From an uncultured Ruminococcus sp. (GTDB lineage: Bacteria; Bacillota; Clostridia; Oscillospirales; Ruminococcaceae): DNA of 64,000 nt. Of this stretch, positions 45,005-53,675 are shown one piece after another (position 1 is the first letter of the stretch; each line of letters begins with the position of its first letter). The stretch spans positions 102,117 to 166,116 of the forward strand of contig CAMBLM010000005.1 in the NCBI GenBank assembly GCA_945868475.1. The letters run 5' to 3'. The notes beneath the pieces are model-generated. The model made no database searches. It had not been told where the DNA came from and saw only the letters and a list, made by a program, of their open reading frames with translations. The translations under genes and the position numbers were made by a program.

Positions 45005-46957
45005 ATGAAAATACATAAAGTAAGTTCGTTCCTGCTTGCTGTTTCGGTTTTATTTGCTTCGGGCTGTTCAAAGGTCGAAGAAGCGATTCCTGCCGAAGCT
45101 ACGATTCGTACCGATATAGTATCGGAAGAAACTTCGGCTGAAACGACTGCCGAAACAACGACCGCCGAAACCGTGCATGAACCTCAGCTCACCTCGCATA
45201 TACACATCGCGGCGGCAGGGGACAACCTTATCCACAGCAGTCTTTACGAGCAGGCGGCGCGCCGCGCAAACGGCAATGGCTACGACTTTGCTTATGAATA
45301 TGACAACGTTGATGATTATATTGAAAGCGCCGATATCGCGATACTCAATCAGGAAACGCTCATCTGCAATGATACGGTCAAGCCGTCCACCTATCCGCGA
45401 TTCAACAGCCCGAAAGCACTCGGCGACTATATGATAGAAATTGGCTTCGATGTTTTCACGATGGCGAACAATCATGTTCTCGACAAGGATGCAAGCGGAC
45501 TCGCGGCGTGTCTTGACTACTGGGACTCGCACCCTGAAGCTGTTGTTCTTGGCGCATACCGCAACGCTGAGGACAAAGAGAATATCCGAACGCTGACCGA
45601 GCAGGGCGTGACATTCTCGTTCCTTTCCTATACGGAGAGTACGAACGGTCTGAAACTGCCTGCGGATTCGGAGCTTGTCATAGGCAATGCAAACGATGTT
45701 GACGGCATGGTGAGCGACATAAAAAAAGCGAAAGAAATATCTGACCTATGCATAGTTTCGCTCCATTGGGGCGTTGAGGATTCGAGCGTTATCTCCGATA
45801 TCCAGCGAAGCACGGCGAAAAAGCTTGCCGATGCAGGCGCAGATGTTATCATCGGAACTCATCCGCACGTTCTCCGTGATATCGAGTGGATAGAGCGTGA
45901 GGACGGCGGAAAAATGCTCTGCGCATATTCGCTCGGCAACTTCGTTTCGGCGCAGTCAAAGCCGAGAAATCTCATCGGCGGTGTGCTTGACTTCTACGTT
46001 GACCGATACGATGACGGCGAGCCGTACATAACCGATGTTTCGCTTCTTCCGACAATACAGCATTACGGTGCGAACTTTTCCGATAACCGAGTCTATTTTT
46101 ATTCGCAGTACAGCGATGAGCTTGCAAAAAGCCACGGTATAAACTCTTCGTATCGTTTCGATATGGACTATATCGACAGTGTTATCAATGAAACCGTTTC
46201 GCCCGAATTTTTAGGTGAAAACAAAACTTCCGATACCAAATTGAACAGTGCCGACTATGTTCTTGATGAAAGCTTTACGCCGATATATGATAATGTGAAA
46301 TTTGCGGACAGCCACTCGGGAAGTGCAGGCTCGTATGAGGAGCTTCGGCAGTATGTGAACGCCTATGAGGATGTAAGCTTTGTCGGCTATGAGATAATTT
46401 CACAGTATTCGCCCGAAGAAGCGGTCAAAAAAACCGGCGATGATATCTTCAAATACAGCACGACTTTGTACAAAGCGCATATTTATTATGACTATCTGAA
46501 CGATACGCCGATAGATATGACGATAGACCTTGCAAAAGCAGGATTGCCAAATGAGCAGGTCAAAGACGACCCTCCCTATGCAGTCGGTCAGAGGATAGTT
46601 TCCGCTGTTTCGGGTTATAACGGAACGAGCTGTGTTGCTATACCTGAACTTGTGTATTATGTTTTCGATGTGAACGGCACTGATATGGCTTATCACGTCG
46701 TAAACGGCGGAATTATCGTCCGGAATGCTTCATTCCCGAATTTGGATATGGATATCATCGGCGAAGAAGCCTCGCTCATAACCACAACGAAAAACAATCC
46801 CGTAAAATTCACGCAGAAGTCACTGCTTTCCGAGCTTACAGAGTTTATAAAGCAGGACTGGACAGCGCAGGGGTTCGATTTCTTTGATTTAAAGAATTTT
46901 GACTACGATCAACGTCAAATAAATGATAAAAGTGAAGATGAAATTCCCGTTGATTAA
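45005..46957 (+). CDS. CapA-family (PGA_cap metallophosphatase-like) lipoprotein with about 250-aa uncharacterised C-terminal domain
   Basis: Starts MKIHKVSSFLLAVSVLFASGC (lipobox). CapA motifs: IAAAGDNLIH, MANNHVLD and HWGVE. Confidence 0.75.
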   Translation: MKIHKVSSFLLAVSVLFASGCSKVEEAIPAEATIRTDIVSEETSAETTAETTTAETVHEPQLTSHIHIAAAGDNLIHSSLYEQAARRANGNGYDFAYEYDNVDDYIESADIAILNQETLICNDTVKPSTYPRFNSPKALGDYMIEIGFDVFTMANNHVLDKDASGLAACLDYWDSHPEAVVLGAYRNAEDKENIRTLTEQGVTFSFLSYTESTNGLKLPADSELVIGNANDVDGMVSDIKKAKEISDLCIVSLHWGVEDSSVISDIQRSTAKKLADAGADVIIGTHPHVLRDIEWIEREDGGKMLCAYSLGNFVSAQSKPRNLIGGVLDFYVDRYDDGEPYITDVSLLPTIQHYGANFSDNRVYFYSQYSDELAKSHGINSSYRFDMDYIDSVINETVSPEFLGENKTSDTKLNSADYVLDESFTPIYDNVKFADSHSGSAGSYEELRQYVNAYEDVSFVGYEIISQYSPEEAVKKTGDDIFKYSTTLYKAHIYYDYLNDTPIDMTIDLAKAGLPNEQVKDDPPYAVGQRIVSAVSGYNGTSCVAIPELVYYVFDVNGTDMAYHVVNGGIIVRNASFPNLDMDIIGEEASLITTTKNNPVKFTQKSLLSELTEFIKQDWTAQGFDFFDLKNFDYDQRQINDKSEDEIPVD

Positions 46958-46962
46958 AACAA

Positions 46963-46995
46963 ACAGCCGCAGACAAAAACGCCTGCGGCTGTTGC
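46963..46995. terminator. Bidirectional terminator hairpin
   Basis: ACAGCCGCAG-loop-CTGCGGCTGT. Confidence 0.65.
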
Positions 46996-47011
46996 TGTTC
47001 ATTTGGAAAGA

Positions 47012-47638
47012 TCAGAATAACTGACCCGGAAGTTTAAGCTTTTCCTTTGGCGGAAAAAGCTTGTCGAATTCTTCCGTTTCGGTTTCGCCAACGAAGTAAC
47101 CCTGCGGCGGAGAGTAAACGCCCGTTATGCCGTCAAGATATCCAGTTTTAAGCTCCTTGCAGAGGAAGAACGAATCGTCCGCACCATCGGGCAGACCGTG
47201 ATAGCGGATACCGAACTCTCTTGCATAAGTGAAGCCGCTCTTGCCGTAAAAGTCAATGTTTCCCTCAAAGCAGAGCGCACCTGCGCCGAGTTCAGCCGCC
47301 TTTTCAAGCGAATAGTCGAGCAGTTTTTTGCCGTTGCCCTTACGCTTGAATTCGGGCGAAATGCATATCGGTCCCATCGTCATTATCGGGATATCTCTGC
47401 CATCATCGGCGGCGATGAACGCCCTCATGAACATATTCTGACCGATGAGCTTCCCGTCCTTTTCCATAACAAAGTCAAGTTCGGGGACGAAAGCAGGGTC
47501 GTTTCGCAGCTGATGAAGCACATAATGCTCCATACAGCCGGGGCGGTAGACGTTCCAGAATGATTCTCTTACAAGGTTTTCGACCTCACGGTGTTCGTTG
47601 TTGTTTTCCAAGCGAATGATATAGTCATTTTTATTCAT
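47012..47638 (-). CDS. GNAT family N-acetyltransferase
   Basis: 208 aa. The acetyl-CoA pocket pattern reads ISPEFKRKGNGKKLLDYSLEKAAELG. Confidence 0.8.
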   Translation of the reverse strand: MNKNDYIIRLENNNEHREVENLVRESFWNVYRPGCMEHYVLHQLRNDPAFVPELDFVMEKDGKLIGQNMFMRAFIAADDGRDIPIMTMGPICISPEFKRKGNGKKLLDYSLEKAAELGAGALCFEGNIDFYGKSGFTYAREFGIRYHGLPDGADDSFFLCKELKTGYLDGITGVYSPPQGYFVGETETEEFDKLFPPKEKLKLPGQLF

Positions 47639-47818
47639 TATTTAATCCTCCTGATGATCGTTGACTGCGGTTCCGGGAGGTTTTGCGGAAAATGTATTGG
47701 TCAAACCTCCGTCAGCCTAATACAATCTCCAAGGTGTTGTTTTTCTTCAAACAGCTTTCTCCTTTAATGTAAAATGTGAATATATAGATTAAGCTTTTCG
47801 GCAGGATCGGCGATAGAA

Positions 47819-48385
47819 TTATGGTTGTTTTTCGGCTTCACTTCTTTTATAAAGCCTTACCATTCTCGGGCGGTTGTATCTTTGCAGGATAACGAAAAAG
47901 GTATCACAAAGTCCTGCGAAAAATGCGGTTATTACAAAGATAAAGATATATCTTTTAGGGTCGGGCGTGAAAAAGCTGAACAACAGCGAAGCATATCCGA
48001 GCAGGATTATCAGTTCGTGAATTATCTCCGCTGCACACATATTTTCTATGATCTTTTTCATATCGTTGTGTTCGAGCGAAAATTTCTGCGGCTCCCAAGT
48101 CGGAATAAAGTGCTTCCACTTTTTCACTCGCAGAAGTTTGTACAGCTTCTTTTCAAGTTTTGTTTCGCAGAACCACCTGCTTTGCGTGTTTATCCCGTCT
48201 TTGGTAAAGTGATCGACAGCTGTGCCTACAGCGAGCCGCATTGCGAAATGGTAGAACATCGTTGCGAATGTTATTGTCAGCGAGAACCAAAGCGTTGTAA
48301 GATACGTTTTGTAAAGGATAAAAAATATCAGCGCAAGCACCGCCGTGACAACGGTAATGATTTTAAAAAGCTTACTGAACTGCAT
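47819..48385 (-). CDS. Small integral membrane protein (possibly glycosyl-diaponeurosporenoate acyltransferase-like family)
   Basis: The start is set at MQFSKLF after a GGAG RBS. It has 4 TM helices and a C-terminal QRYNRPR motif. Confidence 0.5.
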   Translation of the reverse strand: MQFSKLFKIITVVTAVLALIFFILYKTYLTTLWFSLTITFATMFYHFAMRLAVGTAVDHFTKDGINTQSRWFCETKLEKKLYKLLRVKKWKHFIPTWEPQKFSLEHNDMKKIIENMCAAEIIHELIILLGYASLLFSFFTPDPKRYIFIFVITAFFAGLCDTFFVILQRYNRPRMVRLYKRSEAEKQP

Positions 48386-48402
48386 AAAGTTCTCCGTTTC
48401 TG

Positions 48403-48939
48403 TCAGCCGCAAAGCTCCGCGATTTTCCTCACCGTGTTAGCGGTTCGTATAGTGAGAAATTCGCCGATGCCTGCGCTTGCGGTCTTTTTCCACCAGTTTG
48501 CCTTTGCGTAATTTTTTCTGTCGAACGACCAGAAGATAACGTTCTTGTATATGAATATCTTTTCAAGCTTTTCGGACGGCTCGCCGATCTTTTTGCTGAT
48601 TTCTTCCGCTGTTGCGGTTGGCATTACGAAGATAAGGTTGTCGTAAATGTCTTTGTCAGCCGTTCCCCACCATTCGGGAGCGTTTTGCAGTATGTCGGCG
48701 ATCTTTTCGCTGTCGGTAACGTAAACTTCTGTCAGAACGCCGAAGCTTTCGCTTATTATCTCTTTTATATCGTCCGAGGTGAAGCTTTTTTCTGCGGAGA
48801 AAATGACATTTCCGCTGTTGAAATGCGTTTTTACGTCGGTGAAGCCGAGCTTTTCAAAGGCTGTTTTCAGTTCAGCCATAACGATTTTATTCTTGCCGCT
48901 GATGTTTATTCCTCGGAGCAAAGCAATGTATCTTTTCAT
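48403..48939 (-). CDS. DUF1697 domain protein
   Basis: 178 aa. The N-terminus MKRYIALLRGINISGKNKIVMAELK is typical of DUF1697. Confidence 0.8.
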   Translation of the reverse strand: MKRYIALLRGINISGKNKIVMAELKTAFEKLGFTDVKTHFNSGNVIFSAEKSFTSDDIKEIISESFGVLTEVYVTDSEKIADILQNAPEWWGTADKDIYDNLIFVMPTATAEEISKKIGEPSEKLEKIFIYKNVIFWSFDRKNYAKANWWKKTASAGIGEFLTIRTANTVRKIAELCG

Positions 48940-48956
48940 TTTGTCACCTATCGTTG

Positions 48957-49060
48957 TAATACTAATTTTTAATCAAAGTGTAGACAAAAAATCGGCGCAA
49001 AATCCATTTATTCGAGCTTTTGCTTGATTTTTTGTACACTTTCAGTTTAAAAATTAGTAT
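48957..49060. mobile_element. Family-A palindromic element (A2 subtype, intact)
   Basis: TAATACTAATTTTTAATCAAAGTGTAGACAAAAAATCGGCGCAAAATCCAT ... TTTTGCTTGATTTTTTGTACACTTTCAGTTTAAAAATTAGTAT. Its right end supplies the last codons and stop of the 49047 gene. Confidence 0.85.
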
Positions 49061-50123
49061 ATGTTTTTTCAAGCAGTTTCAGACCCTCATGCATATCCTG
49101 TCCGAGGATTTCCTGCGTTTTGGAGAAATTATATTTTTCGTGAAGCTTGTCGTGAACTTTGAGAAAGGATTTTTTGCCGTATTTATGTATGAACATAGCC
49201 TGCGCTTTTGCGGAGTTCGCGCCGTCATTGCCCTCAATATAGAAGCCTTTGTGACAGCTTTCGATGTCGGCACATTCGTAACAGCCGTCAATGCCTTTTT
49301 CGGTACAGCAGGTCACGTTCGGGCATTTTTTATCGGGTGAGCAGGTCGCAAACGAGCAAACGTTATATTCCGTCCGACAGCCGCCGCACCATTCACTCAG
49401 GAAGCAATGATTGCAGGAAAATCCACAGTAGGCAACGGGGGCAACGCCTTTCCGTGCAAGTTTGCAAAGCTTGTTTTTTATGCGGAGCATTGCTTCAATG
49501 TGCATTATCCAATGTCGGCTGAACGGCATTTTTATCAATCCGCGGATATCCTTTCCGCACCAATAGTCGATAAGCCAAACTGCATTTTCATCATCGCTCA
49601 CGCAACCCGAATCGGCAACTCTTTTTCTGTCTTCTTCGGTAAATTTCCGCTTCGTCTGCGAAAATTTCATATTCAAAAGTATATCGTTCGTTGAAAGCAT
49701 AACAGCCTTTGCATATTCATAAAGCTTCGCAATATCAAGCTTTCGGGAAAAATCCGCAATAGCTTCGCCCTGAAGCTCGTTTCCCGTGGTGATGATAGGG
49801 GAGTGGTTGCTTTTGTCAAAGCCGTTCGCAAAAAGTATCTGTTCATCATTCACGATAAGCGTGTGCATAACGATATCTTCAATGCGAAAAATATGCCATA
49901 TCGAGTAGGCGAGGGTCTTGCTGTGATAGCCGTCTGCGCCTGCGAACGGCATTTCGGAAAAAGCCTTTTCGGGATAGCCGTTCACGATTTGAGTTATCTG
50001 TTCAAAAAGGCTGCTCCGCAGTTCGATAAGCTTGCTGATGCCGCCCTTAAATGTGCTTTCCTTTTTGATAAGTCCCTGCATTTCGGCGTTCATTTCCGAC
50101 CATTCTTTGTTCATATATGTCAC
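49047..50123 (-). CDS. DinB-like domain fused to a Cys-rich DUF3795-like domain
   Basis: 358 aa. The C-terminal half reads YCGFSCNHCFLSEWCGGCRTEYNVCSFATCSPDKKCPNVTCCTEKGIDGCYECADIESC. Confidence 0.6.
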   Translation of the reverse strand: MTYMNKEWSEMNAEMQGLIKKESTFKGGISKLIELRSSLFEQITQIVNGYPEKAFSEMPFAGADGYHSKTLAYSIWHIFRIEDIVMHTLIVNDEQILFANGFDKSNHSPIITTGNELQGEAIADFSRKLDIAKLYEYAKAVMLSTNDILLNMKFSQTKRKFTEEDRKRVADSGCVSDDENAVWLIDYWCGKDIRGLIKMPFSRHWIMHIEAMLRIKNKLCKLARKGVAPVAYCGFSCNHCFLSEWCGGCRTEYNVCSFATCSPDKKCPNVTCCTEKGIDGCYECADIESCHKGFYIEGNDGANSAKAQAMFIHKYGKKSFLKVHDKLHEKYNFSKTQEILGQDMHEGLKLLEKTYTNF

Positions 50124-50171
50124 CCCTAATGTATGTTTTGCCTTAAATTATACACTTGCGTTTATATTTTG

Positions 50172-50378
50172 TCAATGATTTTTTCGGAACAAAACTGTTC
50201 GTTCTTTCATTGAGATTTTGGCAACAGAAAAACCGTAGCCCAAAAGTTCCTTTTTATATGTAAGAAATGAGTGGTCGATAGGCAAGCCTGCAATGCTTTC
50301 TATCTCGGCAAAGGTCAGAGTGAAATCAGTGGTTTTGTTCGCAGTTATCCATTTCCACAGCGGTTCGTATTTGCTCAT
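50172..50378 (-). CDS. Small hypothetical protein
   Basis: 68 aa counted from MSKYEPLWKWI. It overlaps the 3' end of the upstream membrane-protein gene by about 50 nt. Confidence 0.45.
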   Translation of the reverse strand: MSKYEPLWKWITANKTTDFTLTFAEIESIAGLPIDHSFLTYKKELLGYGFSVAKISMKERTVLFRKNH

Positions 50379-51042
50379 TTTCAATTCTCCTGTCCTCAAG
50401 TATTTTTGTAACGAACGGACGGATAAGCTTTGTTATAAACTTTATGACAAGACCCGTGCAAAGTGCCGAGATGACCGTTCCCTCTCTCGTTCCGACTATC
50501 TTTCCGTCAAAGAATATCAGCGAGATAATTACCGCCATAATAACGTAAAAAACGTCAAGAGCGATCTTAACATAACCGAATTCAAAGTGTGTTTTGTCCG
50601 AAACTGCCTTTACCAAAGCCTCACCCGAGTTCATTATAACGTTCGCAATAACTGTAAGGGAGATGCCGAATGCGAGGATAACAGTGCCTATAACGATCAT
50701 AAGCAGCTTAGTCGGGTGGTTATTTACCGGTATGAACGAAACTATCTTCATTCCGATATCCGTGAACCAGCCAAACAGAAACGAAAGCGGTATCTGCAAG
50801 AGCTGATAAAGCTTGAAATCTTTGCGCAAAATAAGAACCTGCGCCGCAATAAGAACGCAGTTCCAGATAATGAGCCAGTTTCCGAGGCTCAAAGCCGAAA
50901 ATTTAAGGCTCATAACATTTGCGACCGATGAGATAGGGGAAACGCCCAGATCACCATGCTTTGTGAATGCAACGCCTATTCCCGAAAAGAACAGACCCAA
51001 AATAAAAACTATATACCTTTTGATTAATTCCTTTTTGCTCAT
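50326..51042 (-). CDS. YczE/YitT-like (DUF6198-type) membrane protein
   Basis: 238 aa, polytopic. N-terminus: RYIVFILGLFFSGIGVAFTKHGDLGVSPISSV. Confidence 0.6.
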   Translation of the reverse strand: MSKKELIKRYIVFILGLFFSGIGVAFTKHGDLGVSPISSVANVMSLKFSALSLGNWLIIWNCVLIAAQVLILRKDFKLYQLLQIPLSFLFGWFTDIGMKIVSFIPVNNHPTKLLMIVIGTVILAFGISLTVIANVIMNSGEALVKAVSDKTHFEFGYVKIALDVFYVIMAVIISLIFFDGKIVGTREGTVISALCTGLVIKFITKLIRPFVTKILEDRRIENEQIRTAVEMDNCEQNH

Positions 51043-51063
51043 TTTTCTCCCTTATTTCTCCTC

Positions 51064-51486
51064 TTAAATTTGTATATTTTCATCGTCCATGACCCAGCCT
51101 TTTATGGTGTAGTCCTTAGCAATTTGGTTCACCCATTTTCTGAACTGCACAGCTCGTTCGGAATTGACTTTGAAGCCCACGGCGATTATCATTTCCAATG
51201 AATAATGATTGGTGCTGTAGGACTTTCCGTCTTCGGCAGTTATCCGAATTTTTCGGATAACTGAATCCTCCTGTAATTCGCTGTCACTGAAAATTTTCTT
51301 GATATGATAATTAATTGTGCGAACGTCAACATCATACAAAACCGCCAACATTTTCTGCGTCAGCCAGATGTTCTCATCTTCATATCGAATTTCGATGCTG
51401 TCTTTTTGATCGCCGACGGAGGCGATATATGTCAGATATTCCGCCGCACTTGAACGGATAGTTGCTTCATTACTTTTCTTATTCAA
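51064..51486 (-). pseudogene. Truncated RhuM-family protein (N-terminal ~140 aa only)
   Basis: IWLTQKMLAVLYDVDVRTINYHIKKIF ... AVGFKVNSERAVQFRKWVNQ matches the RhuM N-terminal half. Full-length family members are roughly twice as long. Confidence 0.6.
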
Positions 51487-51632
51487 AATAAATCCTCCAT
51501 ATATTTTAATTCTATACCTTTTTTGAGTTCTGTCAATAGTGAATTAATGCACTGTGCTAAAGTGAGTTTGTGAGCATTGTTTAAAGCAATGATAAACTTT
51601 TTCCGCATTATGCCGAAGCGTGTGCTATTTTG

Positions 51633-51662
51633 TTGACTAACGGCGCGATAATGATGTATAAT
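51633..51662 (+). promoter_or_regulatory. Sigma-A-type promoter of the purine permease-apt operon
   Basis: TTGACT, 18-nt spacer, TATAAT. Confidence 0.5.
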
Positions 51663-51715
51663 TATATCATAAAAACGGCAGGATCAGAGGGAGAGTTTCT
51701 GCCGAAAAATAAGGA

Positions 51716-53083
51716 GTGAAAAAAATGTTTGAAAAACTTTTCAAACTAAAAGAAAACAACACCACGGTCAAAACTGAGATCGCGGCAGGTGTTACGACTT
51801 TCGTTACGATGGCGTATATCCTTGCGGTCAACCCGAACATTCTGTCAGCGGCAGGCATGGACAGCACGGCTGTACTGCTTGCGACCTGCCTTGCCTCGTT
51901 CCTCGGAACGCTTATCATGGCATTCGCGGCAAATCTGCCGTTTGCGCTTTCGGCAGGAATGGGTCTTAACGCTTACTTTGCTTACACGGTCTGCGGAATA
52001 ATGGGCTATCCGTGGCAGGTCGCATTGCTCGCAGTATTTATAGAGGGCGTTATCTTCATCGTTCTTTCGCTTACGAAAGTCCGCGAGAGCATTTTCAATT
52101 GTATACCGCTCCAGCTCAAACGTGCGGTATCGGTCGGAATAGGTCTTTTTATCGCATTCATCGGTTTGCAGAATGCAGGACTTGCCGTGGATTCGGCAAC
52201 GCTCGTGTCGCTCGTTGATTTCCGCGAGAACTTTACGACTTCGGGCATCTGCGCACTGCTCTCCGTTATAGGCCTGATGATAACGGCTGTGCTTTATATC
52301 AAGAAAGTCAGGGGTTCAATACTTATCGGCGTTTTCGGAACATGGATCCTCGGAATGATATGTCAGCTTATCGGTATCTACGTTCCCGACGGAGTGAGCT
52401 ATTTCTCGCTGTTCCCGACATTCGCAATGACTGATTTCTCCAAGCTCGGCGAAACATTCGGACAGTGCTTCAATGTTGATTTCAGCTCAGTCGGTATCTT
52501 TAACTTCATCGCAGTTGTATTCTCGTTCCTTTTTGTTGATCTTTTCGATACGCTCGGAACGATAATCGGCGTAAGCACAAAGGCAAATATGCTCGACAAG
52601 GACGGCAAGCTTCCTGCAATAAAGCCTGCACTTATGGCGGACGCAGTTGCAACATCGGCAGGCGCAGTCCTTGGTACTTCCACAACTACCACTTTCGTTG
52701 AATCCTCGGCAGGCGTTGCGGCAGGCGGCAGAACGGGTCTTACAGCACTCACAACATCGGTGCTTTTCCTGCTTTCAATGTTCCTCGCACCTATTTTTAT
52801 TGCTATCCCGTCCTTTGCGACCGCTCCTGCACTTATCGTTGTAGGCTTCCTTATGTTCTCTACAATTACAGAACTTAAAATGGACGAAACCAACTACACA
52901 ACGGCTATCCCAGCATATCTCTGTATCCTTGCAATGCCGCTTTTCTACAGCATTTCCGAGGGTATCGCTATCGGCATCATCTCTTATGTTGTTATCAACC
53001 TCGTCTGCGGAAAAGCAAAGCAGATAAATCCGCTTATGTATGTGCTTGCGGTAATGTTTGTGCTGAAATATGTATTCCTTTAA
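51716..53083 (+). CDS. NCS2/AzgA-family purine (adenine/guanine/hypoxanthine) permease
   Basis: 455 aa. N-terminus FKLKENNTTVKTEIAAGVTTFVTMAYILAVNP. It is followed by apt. Confidence 0.85.
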   Translation: MKKMFEKLFKLKENNTTVKTEIAAGVTTFVTMAYILAVNPNILSAAGMDSTAVLLATCLASFLGTLIMAFAANLPFALSAGMGLNAYFAYTVCGIMGYPWQVALLAVFIEGVIFIVLSLTKVRESIFNCIPLQLKRAVSVGIGLFIAFIGLQNAGLAVDSATLVSLVDFRENFTTSGICALLSVIGLMITAVLYIKKVRGSILIGVFGTWILGMICQLIGIYVPDGVSYFSLFPTFAMTDFSKLGETFGQCFNVDFSSVGIFNFIAVVFSFLFVDLFDTLGTIIGVSTKANMLDKDGKLPAIKPALMADAVATSAGAVLGTSTTTTFVESSAGVAAGGRTGLTALTTSVLFLLSMFLAPIFIAIPSFATAPALIVVGFLMFSTITELKMDETNYTTAIPAYLCILAMPLFYSISEGIAIGIISYVVINLVCGKAKQINPLMYVLAVMFVLKYVFL

Positions 53084-53101
53084 TATATGGGAGGGTCTGA
53101 A

Positions 53102-53626
53102 TTGGAAGAACTAAAAAAATATATAACGAATATCCCCGATTTTCCTGCAAAGGGTATAATTTTCCGCGATGTAACATCACTTTTGCAGAGCGGAGAGGGC
53201 TTTTCGGCGGCTGTAGATGAAATGCTGAAACAGCTTGACGATATCGAGTTTGATGCTGTTCTCGGACTGGAAGCGAGAGGATTTCTGTTCGGCGCACCCG
53301 TTGCCTATGCGAAGAAAAAAAGCTTTGTTCCCGTCCGCAAAAAGGGAAAACTGCCAAGAGCGACGGTATCCGCGGAGTATGAACTTGAATACGGAAAAGC
53401 CGAGGTCGAGATCCATACCGACTCGCTGAAAAAAGGCGATAAAGTCGTTATCATCGATGATCTTATCGCAACGGGCGGAACTCTTGAAGCTGCGGCGAAG
53501 CTTGTTGAACAGCTCGGCGCAGAGGTAGTGAGAATCGTTTGCCTTATCGAGCTTACTGACTTAAAGGGCAGAGAAAAGCTCAAAAAATACGATGTTCGTT
53601 CTATTGTTAATTACGAGGGAAAATAA
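53102..53626 (+). CDS. apt: Adenine phosphoribosyltransferase
   Basis: A TTG start after GGGAGG is likely; the ORF opens at 53087. Motifs: IPDFPAKGIIFRD and the PRPP motif VVIIDDLIATGGT. Confidence 0.9.
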   Translation: MEELKKYITNIPDFPAKGIIFRDVTSLLQSGEGFSAAVDEMLKQLDDIEFDAVLGLEARGFLFGAPVAYAKKKSFVPVRKKGKLPRATVSAEYELEYGKAEVEIHTDSLKKGDKVVIIDDLIATGGTLEAAAKLVEQLGAEVVRIVCLIELTDLKGREKLKKYDVRSIVNYEGK

Positions 53627-53632
53627 TTAAAG

Positions 53633-53672
53633 AAAAGTGTTTCCGAGGTCAATTCTTCGGAAACACTTTTTT
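53633..53672. terminator. Bidirectional terminator
   Basis: AAAAGTGTTTCCGA-loop-TCGGAAACACTTTTTT. Confidence 0.75.
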
Positions 53673-53675
53673 ATT

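Noticed and set aside
5197-49060. Considered whether the repeated ~100-bp sequences could be a CRISPR array or CRISPR remnants.
   Set aside because: The copies are individually palindromic and scattered across 44 kb at gene ends. They are not regularly spaced with unique spacers, and no cas genes are present.
51640-51715. Purine riboswitch upstream of the purine permease-apt operon.
   Set aside because: The leader is short and has only a small hairpin (CGGCAG...CUGCCG). The three-way junction and the conserved UAUAAU / GUUUCUACC / CCGACUA elements of the purine aptamer are absent.
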